NCBI RefSeq assembly: GCF_000400465.1
Contig: NW_008806277.1
Span: 300,001-362,000 of the forward strand
Length of the DNA: 62,000 nucleotides
Direction: 5' to 3'
Source: Wallemia ichthyophaga EXF-994
Taxonomy: Eukaryota; Fungi; Basidiomycota
The notes under the pieces are model-generated. The model saw nothing but the letters and a program-made list of their open reading frames with translations. It was not told where the DNA came from and did no database searches. A program made the position numbers and the translations under genes. This document shows positions 11,265 through 22,096 of this stretch, piece after piece (position 1 is the first letter of the stretch; each line of letters starts with the position of its first letter).

Positions 11265-12583
11265 TTGATTTCAGCGCTTGTGCATGTATAATGTACACAA
11301 CAATGCTTTATCTCTCACTGTCATCTTTCTATGGCGTGCTCAGCACAGAAGCTCTTCGATCTTTGGGCCGAAGATGTCACGCTCAAGAACGAGTGCGTCA
11401 TTCTACCTCGAGGACGTCAAAGTGTGTAGTGATGAATCTTTCGGTAGATAATAGCTAGCTAACAGTTATGTCGATATGCTCGCAATTATTAGTCTTTTAC
11501 AGCGCGCTATATCGTTTAAATAGTTTTGGTCTGTTGCAGAAAGAATAATTTGATATTTCTTAGGTTACTTTCATACTATTCTGATTTCTGCGATTCTTAG
11601 CGCAGCTTTATCAACATCTAAACCCCATTAATTGAATTCTCGTAATTCACTGGTCACAACTCAAACCCCTGATTTCACAGTTGGGCTGACCCCTACTTTT
11701 CTTTGCATGAATTGTCTTCAATAGTGTTTCAATTACTCGTAATGACAACAATTTTTCCCTGGAGCCAGCATCGAGTCCTGTGGACGCCAAGTGTCGGAAA
11801 ACGTAAATCGCGTCTCGAAGCGTGGATACTTGAGATATCTGGGTGCTTGTGGTCTCTATAAGTCAGCATTACTTACTTCTATCATTGAAGCGTGTCAAAT
11901 CATCCGCTTCTATCCTAAAACGTGCTCTCTCTAAAGTAATGTCGATTGCAACTTCCGAACACCTACAAGGCGCAATTGGAAGCTCAGGGATGTAGTTATG
12001 TCAAAATATTGTTGAGCTCATTTAGGGCTAATTATCAACCTTTTTTATTTGGACATCATCAAAACTCGTAAATCAGCCATCTGAGATGGAGATAGGTGGG
12101 AGCGGAGAAATTCAACTCTGTGGATATTGGGCGGAGAGTTGAGATGGGAATATGACTAGAATGATAAAGATGCTATGAAATGTATGATGTCGTTACATTG
12201 TTCAAATTGTCACTATATGGTATCCCTGCGTTCGTCTTCTCACTTACTTGGTTATTTGCAGGGTTCCTTGAGCAGATTTAATTCAAAAAAATGATTCATG
12301 CTACTGCAAGCACTTATTAGTCTTCAAAGAAGTATTCAAATCATCCTGTCTTTTCACAATCACATCTTGAAGTCATCAGATGCAGAGACGAGTTCCGGAT
12401 CGAGCGTTTTGGAGGTGCAACCGGGTTAATGAATTTGTTATCATACCCAAGCACTCAGCAATGTACCAAAACTACTTAAAAGTTGCTACTATATATTAAA
12501 TATTATATACAAATACAGTCAAAACGTTTATAAACAAGAAACAACTTCAATCAAGCATTGTGCAATAAGTCAAGCAATTTCTG

Positions 12584-15500
12584 CTAAGTACGTGGCTTTT
12601 TCGGAGGCTTCGCATCACCAGAATCACCACTGCCATCAATACCACTATCAGGTAAAAGGCCCTTCAGGCTGTCCTTCCACTTGTCGGCGCCTTGTTGAAA
12701 AGACTGCAAGTTGGTAGATCTAAAGTGACTAGCGGCCTTGTCGAGAATTTCAACATCTGGATCTGTCTTGTACCTCTTCATGCTGTTGCCACTGGCTTCC
12801 ACCTCAGCTTTCACTTCTTTACTGGCTGGTGCTGGTGGTACTGCTGGACGTGGTGGATTGAATGGCTTAATGTCTGAGTGCACCTTTCTTCTTGTTGTTG
12901 CAGTTCTATTGCTGCCGCCAGCACCACCACTAGCAATACTACCACCACTACCAGTTTTGAATGGATTATTTAATGTCTCGTGGGAAAGTTGTTGGACCAA
13001 ATTATTCGACTTGGGCGCCCTGAATCTCTGGTAAGAATTGTTGTATCCCTTTCCTCTTCCATACCTCGATCTATAATCATATCTGTCGTAGCCATCAGGA
13101 TCATATTCATGATAGCCGTTGTAGTCATTTCCTTCACCATCAATATTCCTCAGCCTTTCATTCTGCTTCATCTGCTGCTCCCTCAATTTGTCGACTTTGA
13201 ATGCTTCCTCAAATTCATTTATAGCAGCTTTGAGATCCTCCTTGTTTGGATAATCGAGGTTGAGTATGGAGAGCAATTGACTGCGCAGCTTATCATCAAT
13301 TAGCATAATATCATCTTGATAGCACTGTAAAGTTGGTATGTGAGCGTAGATAACATGAAAATAAACAATCAAACCCACTTCAAGATTTCTGGCAAACTTA
13401 AGGAAATCTGAGAGGCATCTATCTTTCATTGATCCTGCTACCAATCTAGAACGAGCGTGCGAAATGTTCAGCACGGCCTGTGCACGAGTCATTCCAACAT
13501 AGAGCAGTCGTCTCTCTTCTCTAACTTGATCTTCCGTGTCTGCTTTAAAGAAGGGTATTACGCCTGATTCTACAGCTGGCATAAATACCACAGGCCACTC
13601 CAAACCTTTTGCGCTGTGGATTGTTGATATTGTCACTTTTCCCTTTAAATTACATTAGAATACGCCATCTGAAATTCCGCCACACTCACCAAAGCCTCAT
13701 CAACATCCGCCTCAGTGTTGAAACTGACATCTAAAGAAGAGACCTCCAAAAATTTACCCAGTCTAGCAAAGTTTTGATCCTTGACTGAATCAAACTCTTC
13801 ATCTGGTTTGAATAGTGTGCCTTGATTGAAGTCATCATCAATGGTGGCAGCGAACGACAAAAGTTCCTTGAGGTTCTCCACTCTCGAGTTTACTTCTCTC
13901 TCACTCGAACAGGACACCTTCAAGTAACTTTCGTACTCAATATCAGCTATCAACTTCTCTACTATACTTTTGAGTGGTTTACCATTGCGTAGTGCTTGAC
14001 GGCTTTCATCTAGTGGATAAACGAACGCATCAAGCTTTTTCCAAGATGCCTTCCAGCCTTTGACTTTTTCCTCATTTATTAAACCGTCGAGAAGCATTGT
14101 GAATGGCGGCAATATTGCCTTTGATGATATATCTACTATGTCTTCAACACTCTTTGGACCCATTCCACGCTTTGGTACGTTGATCGATCTTTTTAGAGCT
14201 GGGGTATGACTTGGGTTTATCAGCAACGTCAGATAGGACATTATGTCTTTGATTTCAGAACGGTCAAAGAATTTTGTACCTGCAAGAACTCTGACCGGGA
14301 TGCGCATTTTGTTTAGTTGTGATTCTATCGTACGAGATAAGGCATTGAAGCGTACTTTTGCTAGTTAGTGATGGTATAAAGCATTTCCTTATCTACTCAC
14401 GCAGGATTACGAAGTCTTCATATCTCAGCTTGTTTCCTGAGTATGCAATTTGTCTCTTGATCTCTTTGGCAATCCAGTACGCTTCACTGTCTCCATCAAA
14501 GAACTCCTTGAGCGTCACCGGGGATCCTTCTGGATGATCAGTTTTAAGTTCCTTCTCTGGTCTTGTCTTATCTGTTATCATGTTAAAAAAAGTAATAACT
14601 CACGTATACTTCTTACCTTGAGACATTACAGACATTGCAGCCTTGACAATAGCACCAGAAGATCTGTAAGTCTGTTCCAAGTAAATTTCGGATGTGTTTT
14701 GGAAATCTTAAGTGGTGTTATGGTTGAGTGTATTAGTGGCTTGCAGCGATACTCACCTTTCTTCATTTTCTGCAAATTGCCAATCTCTGCAGCTCTCCAC
14801 CCATAGACTGGTTATGATGTTAGAGGAGGCGTGACGCATGGAATACAAACGCACTACTCTGATCTGGATCACCAACGATACTGACATAGTCATTGCGAGA
14901 CATCAACCTCATCAAATCGTATTGTACTGTGTTGGTGTCCTTTTTTTTTGATATGAGCGAAAACAAGACAGCTCATCAACAACGCACTTGAAATTCATCA
15001 ACGAGCATGACACGTATGTTGCTTTTGGCGTTAGGGACTTGCTCGAAAACGCGACAACCTTCAATCAAGAGATCATCAAAGTCGAGACAATTGAATTTAT
15101 CGAGCTTCTTCTGATATTCCTCGTAAACCTGAGCGAAATGAGTTAGCGGGTGGTGTTAGAAAAAGGTAAAGACGCACATAAGCAACTTGTTTGAGCTGCT
15201 TTTTCTCAAACTTATCAGTTGTTGCTTCGGCTATATCCTCTAGGTCATCTGGACCGATACGCTTAGCTTTATACCAAGATATTTTGTTGCGGGAGTAGTC
15301 AGCGAGACCTTTGAGCCCACTATCCTCTTTACAAACTTGAGCAACGACATCCTTGCTGTGTTTGTGAGAGACTGAAAACGTTTCAGACAAAATCAAGACG
15401 CACGAATCACTTGCATCGATGATGGACCAATCTTTGGTCATTGGAGGGTCGAGAAACTTGCCATAGATCTTTATATACCTGATGCAGACAGAGTGAAATG

Positions 15501-15938
15501 TTCCTTTGTATTTGTGAGCGGTGTAATAGCTGCATATGATCCAAACAAACCCATTATCAGGCCTTCTACTTTCTTTGGATCGATGAGCTTCTTCAGGCGC
15601 TCTTTCATTTCCTTTGCCGCTTTGTTTGTGAAAGTGACTGCAACGATGTTGCTAGGAAGGATATTGTGCTCGAGGATCATGTGCGCGACTATCGCCTGTT
15701 AGCTGGTATAATTTTAGCTGAATCCCACCTACTCCTCGTCGTCAGCACGCGAGTTTTACCTGAACCGGGTCCTGCAAGGATCTGGAGTGATGAATACGGC
15801 TCGTGAAGCACGGCTGGTGAAGTATTTAATGTAGAATTAAGATATAAATCTCATTCACACCTTGGCATTGTGCTGCATTTAATCCATTCAAGTAGTTTGG
15901 CTTTGTGTCCTTAACATCCTTTGTATCGCCGCCACCCA
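12584..15938 (-). CDS. SRS2: UvrD/PcrA-family (SF1) ATP-dependent DNA helicase, Srs2-like, multi-exon
   Basis: YLNGLNAAQ, ILAGPGSGKTRVLT, AVTFTNKAAKEMKERL, LVDEFQD, TISTIHSAKGLEWPVVF and EERRLLYVGMTRA are all present. Low-complexity C-terminal tail. Confidence 0.88.
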
Positions 15939-15995
15939 TGGATGATAAGAGGTAAGAAGGAAGAAACAGCAAATAAATTATGCATTAATATAATT

Positions 15996-18019
15996 CTAAT
16001 CAAGTTTATCAAGTTTCTCTAACAGAACCCCATTCCCTTTAGCTTCAGAATGTTTGATTTCATCGCGTTGAGGACCATCAAACTCATTCACTATTTCCTC
16101 TTTAATACTATCCAATCCGTTAGCAACAACAGCCTCAACAAGTTCAGCGATAATGAATGTACCCGATGACTTGGCCAGCTTCACTGCGTGCGATTGAATA
16201 GCCTTCCACAACTTCTCAGCCGATTGCTTGGACAGTTCCGGATCAGTTACCACGACTTTCTTTTCATTCTTGTCGAATTTTCCACCTTGTAATAGAGTCT
16301 TGTAAACTCTAGAAGCAGGGGTGAAATCCAAGACGTCGTTGCTGGTTTCAATCAACCCAGCTAATGCATCCAATGCTCTACTTTTATCTAGTCAATGTGA
16401 TTAGCTGCAGTGTAAGCAATATCACTACACTCACCTCCTATAGTGTAGAGCATTATGTCAGTCAAGATCAAACTACCACCAGCATCCATGATCAACTTTC
16501 TTGGCAACTCCTCAACGACCTTCAATAGATCACCACTCGATGCTTTGATAATTTCACCTCTTCTAGTGTTGAAATCCTTCTTGGAAGTCTTCTTCAACGC
16601 TTCATCTGTCTCTGCAATTGTGGCGATGAATGCCGGTGTGAAATGTTTCGTTGATCTTGGTGTGGTGAGGTAATGTAATGATCTCCTGCCATTTTTATCG
16701 AATGCAATTTCTTCAGCAGCTTTCGTTATTGGAGAAATAATAGACTGGCTCAATGCTTTGGTATCGTCTACAGCATCTAATGCGGTGAAGAGCACAAATT
16801 GAGCTTGATCATCCGTAGCCATCTTTCCTATGTGTGGTCTCATGATTCTAAGTATCATTTTACGTTCTTTTGCTGATGTTGTTGCAATAAACTCTCTAAC
16901 AGCTCTCGATCCATCTCTTGTGTGTACTATTTCTGGAAGGACTTCATTGCAATCTTCCAGCAAAGACTTGCGCTTCTTGTCGGCTTCAACTTGGTCGTAA
17001 ACCAGGTCTAATGCACTCATGTATTCCCATAGTGCTCTATGAACGATGGAATGAGACACTGCACCTTTGTCTGAGTGCTCGAAAATGGATTGCAGAGTGT
17101 TGCGCACGTTATCCATCATCATTTCACGCTTAGATTGGTTTTGTTCTGTGAGAAGATCCTTAAGAACTTTACCTTTCTTGCTTTCGTCATCGTTGAAGAG
17201 TGAGAACTCTTTGCCGTAGAAATCACGAACGAGAGCTTGACGATCTACTGCATTAGCGTAGAGAGCGAAAGCATCCTCAATCACGCCAGATGCGTACTTG
17301 TGGAGTAATAGCTTGGGGACGTTACCGTGGAAGGAAGCAAGAATCTTTGGTCTGAATGTAGGGCAGTATCTGATGAGCTTAGTGAGAAGGAAATTAGCGT
17401 ATTTGTCTTGTGCTAGCTTTAAGTAGCTTCCTTCTAGTTCATGTGCTACCAATTCCCTCTCCTTGCGACCACCGTGCTTTACGATAGACTGGATAATGCG
17501 GCTAGCGTCGTGTTTAAAGATGACATCCTTTACATGACCAGTAACCACATCAACCAGAGAATCAAGGTGCTTCTTGCGCTCTTCTTTTGTTAAATTCTTG
17601 CTCTGCCTGACCATTTCCCAATGAACTTTAGCCTGTGCGACGATTTCTGAGTGTGGCTTGTGCGCTTTTCTCATTGCAGCCTTCTCCTTTGACTCTGCGT
17701 GCATTTTTTTATTGCCTGAGAATGGCTGTGAGAGGATTAGTGGTGTGTACAGGTTCTACTCACTGGCAGCCTTGTCAGCGTCTGGTAAAGGCTCTTCACG
17801 GTCCATTTCTTCATCCTCCTCTCCTTCAGACGCAGCTGGAACTTCCTCATATCCATCCTCTTCCTCCTCCTCGTCTTGGTCGTCGCTGTCGTCCTTGACT
17901 GGAGCTGAGCCTGTAATTGGCGCCTTCCTTTTAGCAGGAGCTTCTTCAGCCTTGTTAAAGCTTGGTTTACTGCGCTTGTTTTTGTTTTCGCTGCGCTCGT
18001 TCGCTGCTCGCTTCACCAT
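15996..18019 (-). CDS. PUF6: Pumilio-family ribosome biogenesis protein Puf6/PUM3
   Basis: Basic/acidic N-terminus, AKVHWE...VIFKHDASRIIQSIVKHG, IVHTRDGSRAV and CPL-like C-terminal region; two introns join ORFs 17756-18019, 16388-17704 and 15996-16373. Confidence 0.88.
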
Positions 18020-18356
18020 TTAGTTGAGTGTGTTTTGTGATAAGAGAGGTGCACACGGTGAAGTGAATTCATCATACAAATTTTATCTTAACGGGATTAT
18101 TTTGTGGGTTGTGTGGGGGGGGAGCTAGCTATACTCAACAAGTTCTAATTACGCTTGCTCTGGGTCAATATGATTTTAAGTCTATCAAAATTTTCATCAA
18201 AGACTTTACTGAGATTTGAAGATGGTTTAACAATCGCTTAGACTCAATAAATGGAGTCAGTACAATTTTCAGGCAAAACCGTTAAAATAATGAGGGAATC
18301 AACCGAGACATATATTAATCAGTACATTAAAGTTCACGGGGAATACAAGTAACACC

Positions 18357-18764
18357 TTAGATAAGTGGGATTGGGGTGCAGTTGATACCAACGAGACCAT
18401 CATCCTCTACATCCTCACAACAGGTTGGAGTGTTCTTGCACTCATCTACGGGATGTCAATTGTGATATAAAACAAACGCGTTTACTCACCTTCGATAGCA
18501 ACACCGATTAACAATGGGATCTGAGTACATTGAATGGCAACTTGGTCGAGGATATCGCCAGTGTGGAGGAGGCCAGATTCTTCACCGGTTGACTTTTGAA
18601 CCTTCTTGTTAGTGTCGCCTTGGCAGGGTGAGTTGGTGGAAAGCTATAGATTTCTTATACGTACAACATGAGAGCTTGCCGGTGTTACATGAGCCAGTCT
18701 TTGAAGTCCAGCCAGCGGAGGCGGTGGCAGCGAGGGCGGTAGCGAAGATGGTTTGAGCGATCAT
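18357..18764 (-). CDS. Class I hydrophobin, 105 aa, three exons (not in the ORF track as a whole)
   Basis: Splicing gtacgt..aag and gtgagt..tag gives MIAQTIFATALAATASAGWTSKTGSCNTGKLSCCDTNKKVQKSTGEESGLLHTGDILDQVAIQCTQIPLLIGVAIEDECKNTPTCCEDVEDDGLVGINCTPIPLI*. It has a signal peptide and C-X6-CC-X29-C-X14-C-X5-CC-X12-C. Confidence 0.93.
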
Positions 18765-18816
18765 TGTGAAAACTGGAGAAGAAGAGTTGTAAGGAGCATA
18801 GGAGAAAGAGGGGGAG

Positions 18817-18824
18817 TATTTATA
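18817..18824 (-). promoter_or_regulatory. Candidate TATA box of the hydrophobin gene
   Basis: TATAAATA on the minus strand ~53 nt upstream of ATG 18764. Confidence 0.55.
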
Positions 18825-19052
18825 GTATAAATTTAGTCTGCATTCCAAGTTTAGTGGGGTTTTGAATGAAAATATTCAAATATTCAAAACATTCCAAATT
18901 GGCAGAGGAATGAATGGGGAGAGATACACAAACATATGAGATACACGAAATTATACAGATAAAGATACGCGCAGGTATACAGATTGGTATGAATGAAATA
19001 TAATGTGCAAACACGCTCACACTCCCCTTACACCGCAACTAATAACGTCAGA

Positions 19053-19533
19053 ATGTCACTCGTGGTTTTGAGAGCAGGCAGAGGATTTAGAGTGGGAGAA
19101 TCGCAGAGAGTTGAATTTATGCCAGATAAGGGACAGATAGAGGTGGATGTACAAGACGGTTTAGCTAGATTCTGTAGGTGGTGGTGTATTAAATGATATA
19201 AAGGGCTAGACTGACGCGATATACCAAGGCTGGAGAACACGCGCTACTGCGAGCTTAGAAGAGGAGCTGATGCTTTTCCCGCACGACAGCAAACTCGAGC
19301 GTGTCCACGAGGAGCCAACAGGAAGAACATTCAAGCTGACGTTTGAATCGAGCCAGGCGGTGCATTTCTTCTACCTCCAGAGTGAGCGCAGTGATGTGTA
19401 CAAGGATAAGCTGGTAGACACGGTGAACGCCATCATCAATGACCCAGAAAACGCTGCTAGTCTCCCAAAGCTGCCGACGGAAGCGTCAATCAGGGAGAAC
19501 AGCGCACAGCCCCAATCCATGGAGACCGATTGA
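19053..19533 (+). CDS. RPN13: Proteasome ubiquitin receptor Rpn13 (Pru domain), 141 aa, one intron (19174-19228)
   Basis: MSLVVLRAGRGFRVGESQRVEFMPDKGQIEV...LARF|CWRTR...EEELMLFPHDSKLERV...GRTFKLTFESSQAVHFFYLQ matches the Pru domain pattern. Confidence 0.8.
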
Positions 19534-19582
19534 ATTGTAAAGGAAATGAATTTGAATTGATTGTTCGCTTGTAGCCTCCATC

Positions 19583-20466
19583 ATGTCGCTCATACGCTCT
19601 GGACAAACGCTCGACGAGTTCCTGTCCAGCTTCTGGACAAGCCACCTCCGCGAAATCGAGAACGAAGACAGCGATTTCAAGAAGCACGACTTGCCGCTGG
19701 CGAGGATAAAGAAGGTGATGAAGTCTGATCCCTGTGAGTTGAGTGGTTTGCTGTTGAAAGTATTTAAACCATTTGAAAGCGGTGAAAGTGAGTTTGTTTG
19801 GTTGGCGTGGATAAGCTGATCCGTTGTGCTGCCAGATGATTTCTGGTGAAGGTGGGGGATGTCGTCCGTGTATTGAGCACACTCTAACGCCCAATCAGCT
19901 CCAATACTCTTCTCCAAGGCTTGTGAGAGTGCGTCGATCAATCTCATCGGCCTTGCTCACTCACGCACCCGCAGTCTTCATCTCAGAGCTCACTTGCAGA
20001 GCGTGGCTTGTCGCCGAATCAAACAAGCGCAGAACTCTCCAGAGATCTGACGTCGCTGGCGCCGTTGAGCTCTCTGATCAGTTCGATTTCCTTATCGACA
20101 TACTACCACGCGGCGAAGAGGCCAACAAGAGGAGTAAAAGTAAGGCTGCAGAGGCGGATGTGGAGCGGGAGCACGAAGAGCAAGAGCAGGAGCAGGATCA
20201 GGAGCAAGAGCGAGACCAAGAACAGGAATATGAGCAAAATCAGCCGCAACACCAGGAACACAATCAAAATGACGTCACTTTGAGCGTGAGTTATCATCTA
20301 TACATGCAAATAAATACTCAGACACAGCATTATATTACACTAACTTCAGTACTCGGACCATTCCAATGATCCAGCTCCTTCTGGCTACTTGCAATACGAT
20401 ACTGATTTCCTACTCGACATGATAGGCAGCTCACCCAACAACGCCCAGCAAACAGAGCAGAGATGA
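19583..20466 (+). CDS. HAP5: CCAAT-binding factor subunit Hap5/NF-YC (histone fold), multi-exon including an 8-nt micro-exon
   Basis: [65 protein letters not shown]...FDFLIDILPR. Confidence 0.92.
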
Positions 20467-20509
20467 GTTTGCTTCGCCATTTGCCATCTACTACCTGCCG
20501 CCTGTACAA

Positions 20510-22017
20510 CTAATGTATCTCACGCTCCAAACTCTCGAAATCCTCTTTGTGTATCTCTGCAGCCGACACCCTAACAGCGCTGCGAGGGGGGTTGGTTAGC
20601 CATCTGAGAGTGATACAATCGCTGCGCCACTCACCCTGCCAAGCTACCGCCGACCCAAGCATAGCAAGCCGGATTCCAAGCGGGAGCTTTGTTTGCTTTG
20701 CCACCTTTGCCACCTTTGCCTGCTTTGCCAGTTGGCTGGCTACCACGCGGCATCGGGTCGTTGATGACCTCGAACGACGTACTCAGACTGCTGAGATCAT
20801 TGAGATGAGTGGCTGTGCGTGTTGTGCGTTGCAACAGAGCGCGTGTCTCATCGCCAAGTCGCCGCCTGAAGCCGACTATGGACGCTGTACCCCCGACGAC
20901 TAGACAGCTCGCGCTCAGCTCTCTTCGCAGATCAATCGGTAGCGCTTGCATGCACTTCACCACGCACTCAGGTATGCTTGGCTCGTCTATGTCGCCACGA
21001 CTCTCAAGCAACTCCTCTACCGCCCTCGCTCTCACCCAGCCCGGTATAAATACCACTCCGCGCCCGTGGCTTGTTTGGATCTTGACTGCTATCTGATTAG
21101 CGTTTTTGTTATCATTATCATTAGCATTAGATGGTTTATCCGTCTCGCTATCAATTCCACTTTCATTTTCAGTTCCCGACTCAGCCAAGAGTGCCCGACA
21201 CTTAACATCCTCAATCCAGGCATCAGTGACTGCCTCGTGCGGCACATTGCCTGGTGGGGGCTGGCCGGCAGCGTTAGAGAGCTGGTTGGTGGAAAGGGCA
21301 GGGTAGTAAACACCATGAGCGAGCACGAGGTTACGCAAGTGGTTCGTTAGCCGCTTTCCCGCGAGTGGGGAAGAGACAGTGAGGGGTAGCATAGGTCTAG
21401 CCGCGTACACAGCCGACACGACAGTCTGCAGATAGCCCACATCCACGACCAGACCTGTCGTCCTCCCCGCCGCCATAAGCGCCGCGAGTGTGGCTGGTGT
21501 GAATGACACGGCTGTTACTTGCATGCTAGTGAAGAGTGCACCCATTATAGCCCGCCGCACTGGTGTGCTGAGCAAGTCATTCTCGAGTATTATAACCCGA
21601 CGTTGCTTGGGATCGACTTGAAGGTGGGTGTAGTAGATTTCGCGGAAGGCGTCGAGAAGCCCTAGCTCATTCTGCACCCCATTCAAATCCCAAAGCCCTC
21701 CTTCCACCTCTACCGTTATACTCTCGCGCGGACTGGCTTCCCCGCTGAAACCAACCTTTATCACCCTCGAGCCTGGGTCAATCACTATCTTTGATTCCGT
21801 CCCGTAGACTGAATGGCGGGTTGACTTGTTGCGTATATCCCCCGTCAGCGCGTACTTGGCTGTGGCTTTCACTCACGGTGAGATACGCGGGACTGTGCCC
21901 CATCGGCGTCGCTGGCTGCTTCAATGAAATTGGCGTAGAGAACCCGAACGGCAGCCCTGCACCACTGCCAGTCGATCTGTGTTTCACCGGCGTCAACGGC
22001 GGTCTGGGAGTGCTCAT
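20510..22017 (-). CDS. Actin-related protein, dynactin Arp10/Arp11 (RO7-like)
   Basis: KIVIDPGSRVIKVGFSGEASP, GLVVDVGYLQT, LPIDLRRELSASCLVVGGTA and PAWNPACYAWVGGSLAG; two introns. Confidence 0.78.
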
Positions 22018-22096
22018 GAGCGTAGATGGAAGACAAGTAGAAATGAAAATAAAGAAATGAAAATATAGATTACAATCGTTAGCAGCGTAATCAACG

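Noticed and set aside
20690-20735. TTTGCCACC-type tandem repeat
   Set aside because: Coding repeat (GKAGKGGKGGKANK) in the Arp10 loop; not a CRISPR or mobile element.
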